Shown here: positions 23,975 through 38,129 of the stretch, piece after piece
Numbering within the stretch: position 1 is the first letter of the stretch
How the letters are laid out: the number at the start of each line of letters is the position of its first letter
NCBI GenBank assembly: GCA_010909165.1
Contig: MU008190.1
Coordinates: 345,166 to 409,165, forward strand
Direction: 5' to 3'
From: Anthoceros angustus
Lineage: Eukaryota > Plantae > Anthocerotophyta
Length of the DNA stretch: 64,000 nt
Made by a program: the position numbers and the translations under genes
Notes under the pieces: generated by a model
The model's input: the letters and a program-made list of their open reading frames with translations, nothing else
What the model was told of the DNA's origin: nothing
Database searches by the model: none

Positions 23975-24165
23975 GAGTCGTTCCGTCATTTAGGAGTTAA
24001 AGGTTTGGTGTCGTTCTGTCAATTTAGGAGTTAAAGGTTTGGGGTCGTTCCGTCCTTTAGGAGTTAAAGGTTTGGGGTCGTTCCGTCATTTAGGAGTTAA
24101 ATCTTTGGGGGCCGTTTCATACCTTCCAAACGACTGAATTTGAGTCGTTCCGTAATTTAGCAATT
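23975..24165. repeat. Tandem ~33-bp repeat GTCGTTCCGTCATTTAGGAGTTAAAGGTTTGGG
   Basis: About 5 visible units. Confidence 0.8.
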
Positions 24166-24365
24166 AAGTCTTTGGGGATGTATGTCGTTTAGCCATTGCC
24201 GTTCTGTGCTGATGGGGCATCCAACTTGCTCCTGGATCGTGGGAGCAGAAGAGACGCTCCCTAGCCTACTCCAAGATGTGCTGGGTTGTATGGACAATCG
24301 TGGTCAAGGATGTCTATGGGTCTAGTCCAAGGGACTTTTTATCAGTAATGTTTTTTTTAGTGAAT

Positions 24366-24596
24366 TCAGGACTTTATAGATATCTTTTTCTTGTCAGTAA
24401 TATTATTTTTAACGAATTCAGGGACTTATATAGATATTTGAAAGTATACATCTAAGTCCAGCACTAGGAATTTAAACTAGAGTAACTCAGGGACTTATAT
24501 AGATATTTGAAAGTATACATCTAAGTCCAGCACTTATATAGATATTTGAAAGTATACATCTAAGTCCAGCACTGGGAATTTAAACTAGAGTAACTC
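24366..24596. repeat. Tandem repeat ACTTATATAGATATTTGAAAGTATACATCTAAGTCCAGCACT
   Basis: Three near-identical copies plus a partial one. Confidence 0.8.
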
Positions 24597-25310
24597 CGTA
24601 GGGCACTTAACAAGTGGTAGCCCTGCACGCTGCGGAGACGAAGGCAAGATGTTGCGTGCGGGGCTGAAGGCAAGATGTTTATAACTGGCAACCGTGTAGG
24701 GCCATGAAGGTGGGGGATGGGTGGCACCCCATCTAGGCACTGATTGGTTCCGCAAGATGCTTAATTGGGAAGCTCCAATGGACCAATGTCTAGATGTTAC
24801 TATTCCTTGAAGGGAGGAGTAATATTTTTACAGAAGGAAAGGGACCTATTATTAGGTATCTATTAAAAAAAGTAAGAAAAGTGATGGGGAGAGCTCATCC
24901 AATGGAGGACACCAAAGGGAGACTCAAAAGGTCGAGGTAAAAAGGAACAACATAACTCCCTACCTAAAATCACCTATTGCACTAGTAATATCGTGTGTAA
25001 GAAGAATAAATGGCCTACACACTACATAGGAAGAGGAGGATGCATCACTTCCTGGAGGATTGGCGTTGTGAAAGCCCGTTGAAGGGCAATGGAAACACGT
25101 TGTCTGAAGAAGGCCGTGAAGTACAGGGACAGTCCACATGATAGGCTTTGATTTAGGACTTAATAGATTTATCGAAGTCCTCAACCATTGCCCGAACGTA
25201 CGAGCGGAATGAAGAGGAGGGCGAACCGAATGAAGAGGTGGCCCGCTTGTAGCCCGCTGTATTTCCTAACCTTCAGACCCACTGTATTTCCTGATCTTCA
25301 GTTGGGTTTC

Positions 25311-27002
25311 TGAGGATTCATGACTACGATGAACACACACTAGAAACAAACCATATCTATAGAAGAGACATGCATCATAACATATAAAAATGAGTACAAG
25401 CAAAAGTATATATCACCTAAACCAAAAACGGTTATAACTACTTCTATACCCTAAGTGGTAGCAATGCTAACTAAGCAGTCCTTAGTTCGTTAACACTCCC
25501 ACTCATTGCTAACCAGCTTGGTTGAGTAGGAATATCTCAAAAGTATATTTGGTAAACAATATCACGGGATTAAAAAAAACCCAACTAAAACCCTTATATC
25601 ATGCACGCACCCTCAAAACTAAAAGCCTAAGAAACACAGGTTACTCCCTAGGCTCCTCTCCCGCGTGTAGCCTTGAAGACTGTGTCTTCAAAACACAGCT
25701 CAACTCTCTCCAGCATTAGAGTAATCGTCAGAGCTCCCTCGCGACAAAACCAAGATGGCGGGAAATTCCAGCTCTCCTACTCATGTCTCGGACTCAGAGT
25801 CAAGTGAGGAGGTGATCGTCTTGAGCAGGCAACTCCAGCGGATAGCAGAAGACACATGCCCATAGAGGAAAGCCAAACTGGAGTAATGGCTGCAGCTCCC
25901 ACTGTCGGCAACGCGCCCCTGGAGTACCCAGCACCTGCAGTGCCGCCAGTGTATCCAGCAGCCGAACTCAAACGGTAAGTCTGCATCGGTCCACAGCGTC
26001 CGCCACACTGCCCGCGACATGGAAGAATATCCAAGTGGCTACATCTGTCTCGAAGAGAAAGCCGTCGCATGAACAGGTACTGGGAAAACCAGGTCAATGA
26101 GCTGGAGCAGTGTGAGGTGGAGCTCAGAAGAGAGCTGGAAGAGCTCAGAGGACGTCACCACCCAGTTGCTCATGTTATAAACCAAGTCCCCAGGCCTAAG
26201 CCTCCTCCCTTGCCTAATTTCATTTCATCTTGTGGCCCCCTTGACAGTATTGTGCTTCCTCGGCAGGGTGAGACTAAGGTTGTTCTAGAAGCCTATGAGG
26301 TATAGAGGAAGACCCTTCAACCTACCAAGAGGCCACCCTAGCAAAACTGTGAGATTGATAACCGATGCGAATGGTGTGAACGACCCTTTGACCCTTGAAA
26401 TCTACACTTGTGCTGAAACTGGAATCACCATGGTGCGTGAAGACTAGTACAGATGGGGAGGTTCTAGTGGCAACTTCATCTCGTTTTACAGTAAGTTTCT
26501 TCAGCACTCCTAAAACCTCCCACTGTTGTTGTGGTTTGAGCAAATTGAAAAACTCTCACAGACTGACAGAGCATGTGGTAACTAGTGTCCAGGGACAAGC
26601 TCTATGAAGAGGCAGAAGTAGTCTACGCCACCGAGGATGAAGACATAGAAGAAGAGCCTGAACATGACTTCCACCCCAACTACCTCGAAATACTCAGAAG
26701 AAGGAGGGAAGAGAGAAGATCCTTGTTCTTCGACAATACAAGCTCTGAGTCTGACACCTCCTAGCACGTAGACTAGATTATCCTGCTAGCAACACACCAC
26801 TGTCAGTCCTTCCTAGACTAGCAAACACTTAAACGCTGCTGGAGTCTAGGACTCCGAGCATCTCCTGAAACAAATTGTATTTCACCTTAGGGAGAGCTTT
26901 TGTAAACAGGTCAGCTGTGTTAGATCCTGTAGGGATATACTCAAGACAGATCTGACTTGAAGCAACTGCATCACGGATGAAGTGATAGTAAACCTCAATA
27001 TG
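25311..27002 (-). mobile_element. Copia element C, 3' part (RNase H end, antisense ORF, PPT, 3' LTR)
   Basis: Minus-strand HIEVYYHFIRDAV…IPTGSNTADLFTKAL (26880-27002). PPT ATGAGTGGGAG abuts LTR TGTTAACG…AATCCTCA (25495-25311). A matching minus-strand RT fragment lies at 38130-38265. Confidence 0.7.
25755..26764 (+). CDS. Antisense extra ORF of Copia C (coiled coil, Cys-rich segment, acidic tail), frameshifted
   Basis: ATG 25755; NELEQCEVELRRELEELR; CEIDNRCEWCERPF; …EDEDIEEEPEHDF…SSESDTS* ending at 26764, tail-to-tail with pol. Confidence 0.55.
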
Positions 27003-30000
27003 TGAAGAGATACAGTGATGAATGTCATACCTGGGGTTAAGCTATTAGTGCTTAGGTAATTAATTTAAGTTGAGTTAGGCTTAATACCCGTTCGTTAGGG
27101 TTGCGTCCCTTAGTGAATAGACGTACCTTTTTCGTTTTAGTTAAGTTGTCTTTTCATGCTTTTGATATTTCATCTTCTTGTTGATAATATATACACAATG
27201 TATTTATTCTGATTTAATCCACCTACAATTCGATGTAAATCGTCATGGTATCAGAGCATCCTAATTGTAGGGTGCTTAGGAAAATTGTTGTGCATTAATG
27301 GAGATGCATAACATAATTTTCTTTATTGTTTTTAGTAGAATTAGGTTCTAATTCCAAGAAAATAGAAGAAATCAAGAAGATGCTTTTGTGTTTCATTTTC
27401 TTTAAGTTGTCTATGCAATTTCTGCAAAATTAGGCAGTGCTTCAAGTGTGCATCTTTTGAATTGTTCTTTTAAACAATACAAATCATGCACACTAGAACA
27501 GCTGCCTAACAAGGCAGAATTGTAGATAGAAATTTTATAAAAAGAAATTACAATGCAGATTTTCTCCATTCAAGAAACACAAATATTTGTTGTGGCCAAT
27601 TCACATGGCACATAACCAAGGCCAACAAGGCCATTAGCGCCCTGCTGGGTGGATTCCACAAAGACAGAATCACCGCAGGGGCAGCCTCAGATCCTCACGG
27701 GCAGCTCGCTCACCTTTTTCGAGCCATAGGAATGGGATGTCGGGAATCGATTCGGCTACTTTTCGATGCAAACAATGAGCAAGCCCACGATTCAATTCCT
27801 TGAATTCGTATCACGAGAGAGACATCTTGGGCACTCGCTGCAAATCCTTGAACCTTCATGAAGTTCGTGTAACGCGTTGTTTTGGCAGTCAACCGGAGGA
27901 TTCCTAACAACGGTCACACACACACAGGTGTTACACAACTTGTGACCAGAATTGAATCACACCAGTGAAGTCGGCGAACAAATCAATTGGCGGAAGGTGA
28001 TTCCTGCTAACGTTGACTTACAAGATTTGAAGGAGCAGATTTCTCACTTGGATTTCAAGCTTCTAACCTTGTTGAAACCACTACGCCATAACCCTATTTC
28101 ACGAGGAGTTGCATGCAGAAGGTTGTCAAAGCGAATAGAAGTCATAGATTTGACACCTAATTCATGTCCTTCTTGTGCTACTTACTCCTTCAATAGATGG
28201 GAGTCTAGGCATAATAAAATAGAAAGACAAGTAGCCGCAGACATCCAAATGGCAGAACTAGGCATGGCAGGAAATGCTCACCCTGCTAACATCTTTTGAG
28301 TAGATCATGCCTAGTTTCCTCTGCTGCATGTAAGCATGCCCTATGCCTCGCATAGGAGAGGAAGAATCTGACGACGAAGTTGTATTAGAAACTGAGCCTG
28401 TTACTGAGACTGAAAACTTTGAAGATTCCGAGACAAAGTTTGATTCGAAGCCTGAATTTGAATTCCGACGACCTGACAACACTTTCAACATGTCAGAAAC
28501 TGCCAGTATAGCTGGAGAAGGGTTTCGAAAAGAGGACAGGTTCAATGGGACTGATTTTGACATTTGGGTCATCCGAATGGAAGGTGCTTTGCAGAACAGA
28601 AGGTTGTGGAAAGTTGCTACGGGCATCGAGACCAAACTCGATCGAAGGATCCGGCGTGGCGTCAAGAACGATGCGCCATGTTCACGATCCGATCAGGCTA
28701 ACATCTGAGATGTTGAGACAGACTGGAGGGGCCAAGACTGCTGAGGAGATTTGGACACGTTTAAAAGACCTGTTTTCTCGAAGAAATGATGCTTGTGTCA
28801 TGGCAGCAATGCGCAATCTCCATAACTTGAAAATGAAGGATGGGGATTCCATTCAAAAACATATCGGAGTATTCAGAACACTTGCCTCTAGGTTGGAAGA
28901 GACCTCAGGGGAAATCATGAAAGACAGACAGTTGTCTATGTTGCTGATGCTCTCGCTGCCCGAGTCCTGGTCGAACTTTGTCACGCCCACACGTCCCTCT
29001 CACAAGTGGAAATTAGCACAAGCGCTAAAGCTACCAGACACAAGCTTTGCTGAGTTTGTTGGAACCTTGCTAGAAGAAGAAGCCTCTAGGGGCAATCACA
29101 AGCGTCCAGGCAAACAACAAGCTTTATATACATCTGGACGTGGGAGAGGTAGTGGAGATACCAGTCGCGAGGAGCATCAAGCTCTTCTCGATCCTACAGG
29201 GGAGGCTCGCAAGGAGCTCCTGTTACAGGCTCAAGCAACACTGCTGCCAACAACTCTAACAAGAAGGGTAAGAAAGTACTTGCCATTGGTGCAAAATTCG
29301 GGCATTGGGAAAGGGGCCGAAAAGCGATCGTGTCCCTCGTAAGGAGGTCCGGTCTGAAGCGAATGTTGTGGTTAAGAAAGCGAACACCCCATCGCGCCCA
29401 CAATTGGGACACGGGAGTTGCTAGTCCACTTGTTTCCTACATGTCACTAACGTCAAACCATTGAGCATAGAATGGTATTTGGATCGTGCAACGCACATTT
29501 GCTTTGACAGTGCATTTCGCACATATAGGTCGATTGAGTACCAATGTGTATTTAGGCGATGTCTTTGGTCTCACAGCATAGGCTTGATCTTCAGTCCCAT
29601 CCGAGTCAAGCTAATCACGATGTGTATTACGTGCCTGCAATGACCAGAAACTTGATCTCGGTTAGAAGGCTCAATCCTGATAACCATAGCCATATACATT
29701 TCGAGGCAGAATGCCGGGTAATAGATGCAAATGATCATAGAAAGATACTATGGATCATCCGATCATGACTTGTTCCGTCTTCATACAAGAGTGGAGTAGC
29801 AGAGTCTCACTCTGTGGCACATCCCGATAGCCTGCACTGTGATTGCAAAAGTAAGTTGTGGCATGCTAGACTAGGTCACCCTCATAGCACAAAACTTCAG
29901 CAGTTAGTTGCTAGTGACCTCTATAAAGATGGACCCTTAGGCAGTTTGGTTGCCTTACCACTCTGTGAAGCTTGTGTGCTTTCCAAGCGACACCAAGTTG

Positions 30001-31134
30001 CCTTTAGGAATCGGGCACCTTATCGTGCTAAAGATATCCTTGAACTGTAACGGACACATGTGGTCCTCTTTCTCAAGAGTCCATAGGTGGTGGCAAGTAT
30101 TTCCTGACATTCACAGATGACAAGACCAGGTTTGTTACCACATACATCCTGAAGAACAAGAGTGAATGCTTCACTTACTTCAAAGAATACATCAAGTATG
30201 TTGAAAGGTGGACAGGAAAACAACTGAAAACACTTCGTTCAGACAATGGTGGCGAGTTTACCTCGAATGAATTTCAAGAGCCTCATCACCCTGAGGAGAT
30301 TGTTCCTGCAGGAGGGGATAATGACCAAGTGTTAGAACCTGAAAATGAACACCTTGATTAGCATGAACAACCTCCAGCAAATTATCACCAACCTGAATAT
30401 GCATCTGATCCAGCCATAGAACTAAATCTGGATGCAGATTTTGCATATGAAGAAGATCATGCTGCAGATGCACCTGAACTTGATTTACCACAAGGAGAAC
30501 TTGAACCAGAACTTGAACGGCGTTACCCTACTCGTGACCGCCGACCTCCTGATTATTATCGTGCCCGATTTTCGTGTTACTTCTTCTCATATTCGGGTGC
30601 ATCGACGGCCTTAACCTCGACCCTATAGAACCAAAGTCTTATCTTTGTTGGCGGAACTGATCACAAAAGTGGGAGAAAGCCATCTGTGAATATGACTCAC
30701 TCATTGAAAATGGCACATAGGAGCTGGTAAAAGTTACCTCACGAGCGAAAATGATTTCTTGCAAGTGGGTATTCAAGTTAAAAATGAAGGTGATGGAACC
30801 TTCGATCGATATAAAGCCCTTGGTTGCGGAGCTTCACCTGATTCAGTCTCGACTACCTTGAAACTTATGTTGTCGCCACATTTAAGTACAATCTGCGCGG
30901 AGGCGTGAGACAAGGACTATGAGTTGCGAATGTTTGATGTAAAAACCGCTTTCACACGCATAGTGTGTTAGGCGAAATCATGCAATAACTGAAGGCTATG
31001 TGGTGAAAGGAAGACTATGCTGTTATTAAAGAAGTGTCTTTATGGAAGCTTAGCGATCGACTCTTGAATGGAATGGAGTCCTTGACAAGGAGCTCAAAGC
31101 TCTAGGTTTACAAAAGCAAAAGTCATGTACATCT

Positions 31135-34100
31135 TGTTGTTACTACCTTGATGCTTGTAGACGGAAGTAATGAGTTTAGGGCAGTTCAAGCTTAGGGCAA
31201 CATAAGTAGTTTCTACGGTTGTAAGTAGACTGTTACGATAGTTAAGACGGTTTAACCGCTGATCAAACATGTACATAAGGAGTTTTCCACGATAGCAATA
31301 ATTCAATTCTTTCCCAAGCAGCTTCTAAATGGTATCGGTGTCGCTCCTCGGCAAATGCGGCTTGGCCCGGCACCTCGGGCTGGAGTCGTTTCGCCCAGCT
31401 CCATGGCGTGAAGCACACGGCCTGCAACCCGAGCACGATCCCGATCCGGCAAGATGCCTCGAAGACGCACACCAGCCTCCCACATCACAGGCGCCTTGTA
31501 GCGCCCGGCAATGACTATCGCAAGGCACTCTAGATCCGGTGAATTCTTGGACCCCATTTGAACTCTTCCGATGACCACCTTGAGTCAAATCATCCGACTC
31601 GAGTCCCAGATGGAGATCATAACGCCATCATGCGCGACTTGTTCGCGAGCCGCCGCTAGCAACAACCGCATGCTTGTTTTAATTTCGACCCTCTGCAGAA
31701 ACACAATCCTCAGAGACAAAAAGCAAGATCTATGGCAACCAATCCGATCGTCGACATCAATCAAATCAACACGGCGAAGGTAGAGTTCGAGGGGCCAAGG
31801 CTTCAAGCAACCTACGATACGGCGGATGCGAATCACGCGATGCTGTTGGAGAACGCGATCTCATGGGGATCGTCGAAAAGTCTGATCACCAAACCACGAT
31901 TGCGGCGCCTCGGACCGACCAAATCGCTGACGGTAAAGAAAGACAAAAGAGCAATCGATCCTATTCTCAAAACAACAAGAACATGCTCGAGCACACTCAA
32001 GGCCAGAAGACCGCCCATGAGATCTGGAAGGTGTTCAAAGACATGTTCGCAGCACAAAGCTCCATGTCAATCGTAAATGCCACACGGCAATTCTACCTGC
32101 TGAAAATGAAGGAAAGCGAAACAGTTGAGCAGCACGTGCACAATTTCAGATCTGCGAGAGCAAAACTCGCATCCAGCGGTACCACACTAAACGAGTACCA
32201 AGCAGCAGTAGCGCTACTAACGTCCCTCCCTGCATCATACAGAACGTTTGTGAGCTCGCAGAGTTCAGCCCTTCGTCAGGCTCAAAGTGCAGCTCAATCA
32301 GGATCTATACCTGCATACACGTTCGCAGAGGTTCTCGGAGCACTCCTCGAAGAAGAAGCCAGCCGAACAACAACCCATAGGCCCTCAACCGGACCTAACC
32401 ACGCACTCTTTACATCAAGAGGCCGTGGAGCTCGAAGAGGAGGTTTCCGAAACAATCTTTCAACTCGCAGGCCATCTGGGCAGGCAACAAAGGCAACTTT
32501 AGCCCCAACAATCGCTTTATAAGCAGACCACCACAAAAGGGCGCCTGCAACTGGTGTAAAATACCAGGCCACTTCGAGCATGAGTGCAGGAAGAAACAAA
32601 ATGGAGAGCCAAGAAGAGACATACCCAGAAACGAGTCCCATCTCACCACTGCGAAGACCATTCCAGCAAACTCTATTCTGGCTGTGTGCCTCACCCTCAC
32701 AAGGACGGATAGGTCCAGATGGTTCCTCGACTCTGGAGCCACAACACATATTTGCAGTTGTAAGGATATGTTCAGCATTTACCATAACGTGCTCTCCGAT
32801 CAGCATGTGTTGTTAGGAGATGACAGCACTCTTTCGGTCGAAGGCACCGGGGACGTCCAGCTTCAACTATCCAACGGCGAATCACTCACCATCAACGGCG
32901 TGCTCCACGTCCCCACAATGACGAAGAATTTGCTCTCGGTAAGGAAGCTCGCCACAGAACACAGCCTGGTAATTACCTTTCAAGGTAACCACTGTACCAT
33001 TCACCACTCCAGTGATCCCGGTAGCACATCTCTAGCCCATGGCCTCCCATACAATGACCTATACCTCCTAAACATACAATCCTTCTCCTCACTCCTCGTC
33101 GATGGAACATCCCACAGCTCATACAAAGAGTCACTCCTCTGGCACTGTAGAGCGGACACATGAACCCCCGATACTTGAATCAGTTTGCAAACCCTGACAT
33201 GTACAGAGATCCCGTCAAACTCAAGGTTTCTCCAGACTTCTTTTGTGAGATATGTCAGTACACAAAGCTCAACCAACTTCCTTTCACCAACACAACTCCC
33301 ACTCGTGCCCACAAGCTCTTAGAAGTCGTCCATTCAGACATCTGCGGCCCCATGAGTACCACTTCTTTCGGAGGCCACCAGTATTTCATCACTTTCTCGA
33401 CGAGTGGAGTCGGTACTGCCATATCTTCTTTCTTAAACACAAAAGTGAGGCTCTCACCCGTTTCCAAGAGTTCGTCTTAGCGTGCCGTCACAAGATTTCA
33501 GTTTCCACCCTCCCGTGCGATAACGGGGAATACATCAAGACTTCAAAGACTTCAGATCCACGGCATTCAACGCCAATATACCGTACCTCACACACCCCAA
33601 CAGAACCCATTTGCAGAAAGACTCAATAGGTCCATACTCGAAATCTCCCGATCCCTCCTTAAACTCTCAGGCCTATCCAGGTTCGGAGCCGTATCCTGAC
33701 CATTTACGAAAAATCGTTTGCCCACCAAGGTTCTACCAAACACCACACCTTTTGAGCGTTGGACAGTCACGCCCGCATCTCCACCTTGAATCTTGGCCGT
33801 GACCTTTGCCCACATCTCGGATGACACTATAAAAAAGTGGGATGACAAGGGCAAAAAGCTCCTCTTCATAGGGTATTCAGATCAGGTCAAAGCCTACAAG
33901 CTCTTCGACCCATCAACCCGAGAGGTAACTCTATCTTGCAGCGTTCACTTTAACGAACCTCACATTCTTCATACTTACCTCCAGAGCATTACTACCTTCA
34001 CTCCACTTCCCACTGCTGGGATGACTGGTTATTCCCCGCTTGACCTTGAGGGGGGCACATATGATGACACTCCCTCATCCTTCTTCCAAGATCAAGAGGC

Positions 34101-36479
34101 TTCTCAACCACAACAACTGCCAAAGCAGCGCCTATCGCAACACCACAACAACCGACTCAGTCAAGACCCCAAAGAAGAATCCAGAAATAAGCCATCAAGA
34201 ACCAGAGGTAAATCTCGACCAACCGGTAGCCTCTCAAGCTCCAGAGCAACCTCTTCCCCTAGATGCACAGATCCCCAGACGATCATCAAGGCATAGGCCA
34301 CCAAGAGACGAATGGAAGGATCCGCCCTATACACCCGGAGACACATTGATCAGCAGGACTCCTCCTTCAGCAGAACTTACACCTACTGATACGCAGACAC
34401 ATGTGAATCAACTGCACCTCATCATGCATCAGGCATATTCAGCAATCGAGATGCAAGGAGTTCCCCTAACCATCGAGGAAGCCCTCAGCACATCAGAATG
34501 GAAGGCAGCAGTCCAATCAGAGTACGATTCACTTATCTCAAATAAAACCTGGATTCTCACCGACCTGCCGCATGGCAGAAAGCCCATCTCTTGCAAATGG
34601 ACTTTTCGAAGGAAGCTAAATCCCGATGGAAGTGTCTCACGATACAAAGCAAGATTGGTAGCCCGCGGGTTTACGCAAATCCCAGGCTTCGACTATGAAG
34701 AGAGTAAGCTCTTCAGTCCAGTGGTGAAGGCAACATCCATCAGAATCCTATTAGCTTTTGCTGCACAACACAAACTCGACATCCATCAGGTCGACGTTAA
34801 AACAGCTTTCCTATACGGAACTTTGCATGAAGAGATATATATGCTGCAGCCACCCGCATTCGTCAAGGACCACCGAAAGGTTTGCAAGCTGCTCAAATCA
34901 CTTTATGGTCTCAAACAATCAGCACAGGTCTGGAATGAGACAATTGATTTGTACCTCAAGAAATGTGGTTTCGTACCCCTCACAGCCGACTCAAGTGTTT
35001 ACATGCTGAGGACCGACCAGGATAAGTACGTCATCGTCACTTTGTATGTGGACGATAATTTCATCTTCGGTACTGACCCACGGTGATCCAGCATGTCAAG
35101 GACTTGCTCACCAAAGAATACGAGGTGGCCGACATGGGCACCTGCGCCTAGTCCGGTTTGAAAGGAGCGTGGCGAATCTCCTTCTTCATACATCGGAGCA
35201 CTCGTGGGCGGCTCCTCACCGAGTTCAACTGAAGATGCAAAACACTGCACTCCCATGGCCACGGAGAAAAAGTATCGGCGTTAGACAGCCCAACAACACC
35301 TGAGCAGGCAAGAGAAATGGAGAACGTGCCCTACAGCGAGGCAGTAGGGAGCTTACTCTACCTGTCCATATGGACAAGACCTGACATCGCCCAAGCTGTG
35401 AACGTAGCTATCAAATCCGTGCATGGCACACCGACTTGTGAAGAGGATCCTGCGCTACCTCAAGGGAACAAAGTCACTCGGCACGCATCTGAGGTGATCA
35501 CAATACCCAAAAGTGCTTACTGACCTCCTTCTCGAGATCAGGCGGCGGGTGACCCAGACACGCAAGTCGGCATCTTGCATGATCATAAGCAAGCGGCTTT
35601 CTGGGCATGCAAGAAGATGCAAACGGTGTGCCTGTCATCAACAGAGGCGGAGTACGCAGCCACATCCCTGGCTGCAAAGGAGATACTCTGGATCCGCCGG
35701 TTCTGCCGCATGACATATCGAAGATCGAGACGGTGAAGCCGGAAGCTGCGGGCATCATCGGCCATCGCCATGACATTGAACCCCGTCCTGCATGCAAGGA
35801 CGAAGCACGTCGAAATCCAGCACCACTTCATTCGACAGGTGGTGGCGAATAAGCACGCAAAGCTTAAGTATGTGAGCACAAGAGAACACAGTGACCTTCG
35901 ACAAAGGGACTCTCGAGCACCTCAGCACACACAAGGGATTGAGTGCCTCAAGAGGGAGACTTATCTGGGGCACCCTATGCAATGGAGGCGGTGAGGCACC
36001 ATCGGCTGCGCCATCATCGTCGTCCAGGTGAGGTTGCGGGTGGCAATTTTGAATCTTTCCATCGATACTTGCATTTCCCTCCTGCGTGGTTGGGCATCAT
36101 GGCGCCTCCTCAAGCACCTCCATACTGACATTGCGAGACTTTAACCACTCTTTCCTTGGATGATCAGGCAGTCGCGATAGCCACCAATTTGGAGAGAGCC
36201 ATATGGGTGTATGCAAGCATCATCAAGGATGCCATCTTCTGGAGACGAGGTTTTCTCTTACACACTCCTTGTCTGGGAGTGTTGTTACTACCTTGATCTT
36301 GGCCGAGACGGAGTAATGAGTTTAGGGCGATTCAACTTAGGGCAACATAAGTAGTTTCTACGGTTGTAAGAAAGTGGTATTACGATGGTTAAGGCGGTTC
36401 AATGGCATCAAACTTTTACCATAAGGAGTTTTCACGATAGCAATAATTCAATTCTTTTCCCAAGCTGCTAGCTTCTAAA
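31135..36479 (+). mobile_element. Full-length Ty1/Copia element B nested in the RT of element A
   Basis: LTRs 31135-31329 and 36280-36479 (TGTTGTTACTACCTTGAT…CTTCTAAA). 5-bp TSD CATCT (31130-31134, 36480-36484). PBS TGGTATC. Gag zinc knuckle CNWCKIPGHFEHEC, protease WFLDSGATTHIC, integrase VHSDICGP, RT YKARLVARGFTQ/LYVDD, RNase H RTKHVEIQHHFIR. Confidence 0.95.
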
Positions 36480-37520
36480 CATCTACATCGAGGAAAATGT
36501 TACATGCTACTTAGCTGTATATGTCGATGATATGATCTTGGCCAGCAATAGCTCGGATTACATTACTTCAATAACATCAATGCTGGGAAAGAAGTTCAAG
36601 ATGTCAGTTCTTGGCTCTTTACAAAGTTGCCTAGGAATACATATTCATTTGCTGAGGGAAAGGAGAGTTCTTACCTGTCTGACCAAGGTACCTCTTGGCA
36701 GTCAGCTGGGGATGCTAGCTTGCTAGCACACCACTCCCAAGTGGACTAAAACTCAGATATGTCACTATGTCACACCATCGTAAAAGGACGAAATGAGAGA
36801 TGTACCTTATAGGCAAGCTGTTGGTAAGCTCATATATGCAACTAACACCACACGGCCAGAGGTAGCATTTCCAACTAGTGCTTTATCCCAATACCTTGAA
36901 AACCCAGGACCAACGCATTGGACATGTGTTAAAAGAGTATTTAGGTATTTGAAGGGGACAGCAAACAGAGGAATAGCTTACAAGCACATAGAAAGCCTTG
37001 ACCGAAGTGTACAGACTCGGATTATGCGAGGAGACACACTTTACGAAGGTCAAGATGGTTATGTGATTAGCTATGCAGAGGACCTATCACCGGTTAGTCA
37101 AGTAAAGCGAATGCAATTGGCACTCTCAAGCAGGCCAGTAGGGTGCCACTGCTTTGCAAAGAGGTCATTTGGTTGAAGCTATTATTTTCAGAATTAGGTA
37201 TTGAACTGCCAAAATGCACGAAGATGATGACGGGCGGCGAGGCTCAATGTCGCTTCACAATCGGTCTTTCACTCTAGGACCAAGCATGTTGCAGTCGAAT
37301 ACCACTGGATACGTGAATTGCTAGCTCACAAGGTGGTATCACTTGAGTACGTTGCAACACAAGACAATCCTGGATATCCTCCAAAAGCTCTAGGGCGTGA
37401 TCTACATGAAAAACATGTCCATGCACTAGGATGAGAATCGCGAGCTCTCCTATGACGAGTCACTGAGATGTTGCGCCCTAGTGGTAGCACTTCCTGCCGA
37501 GACACATTAGTCCTTTGCTG

Positions 37521-38120
37521 CTAATAATCAGAATGAAAGCTGTCTATAGCATACTCGTCATCAAAGTCATTCCTGGATCTCATGGACGGAATTGAGGAGC
37601 TATCAGCGGGATTCTCAGAATCTGGTTCATAAGGCGAGGAGTAGCTCTCTCCACTCCTAGGAGAGTTGCGGCGTTTACGCTCTTCATATGACTGCCGCTC
37701 CTCTGGCTCTAGATCTTTTTCTTCGTTGATTCTCCAGTTGGATCCTGCCACAGCAAGTGGGAGGTATAAGTAGGGATTCACAGATAGTAGAAAATCCAAA
37801 GCACAAGGAAATTTTGGGCAGGAGAAGGACTTACTATACACGCTGACAACATGGCCAGGGAAAGCCCGGCATACATGGACACGAACCCTTCTCATGATTA
37901 GCTTGGTCTTGCAGGTGGATTACATGCAAGCAGGAGTTTGAGGATGGGCTAAGTCCATAGCTCACAATCACGGTCTCCTTGGAGTAGTCGGCTGGCCAGG
38001 GAAGGACAAAGGCGAAGGCCCACTCATCATCGAATATGCAAACTCAAAGGAACGGAACAAGCCTGCATAAGTAGCAGGCAGCCCTCACGATAGGACACGG
38101 AGAAGAACCACCCATTTGTT
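37521..38120 (-). CDS. Antisense extra ORF of Copia A (3' portion, acidic tail)
   Basis: ORF 37521-37895 …EEKDLEPEERQSYEERKRR…DFDDEYAIDSFHSDY*, ending ~90 bp from the pol stop. The upstream part is frameshifted. Confidence 0.5.
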
Positions 38121-38129
38121 GAGGGGGGC

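Noticed and set aside
27246-27257. tRNA-Met-like sequence
   Set aside because: It is the Copia primer-binding site, not a tRNA gene. No tRNA or rRNA genes were seen in the window.
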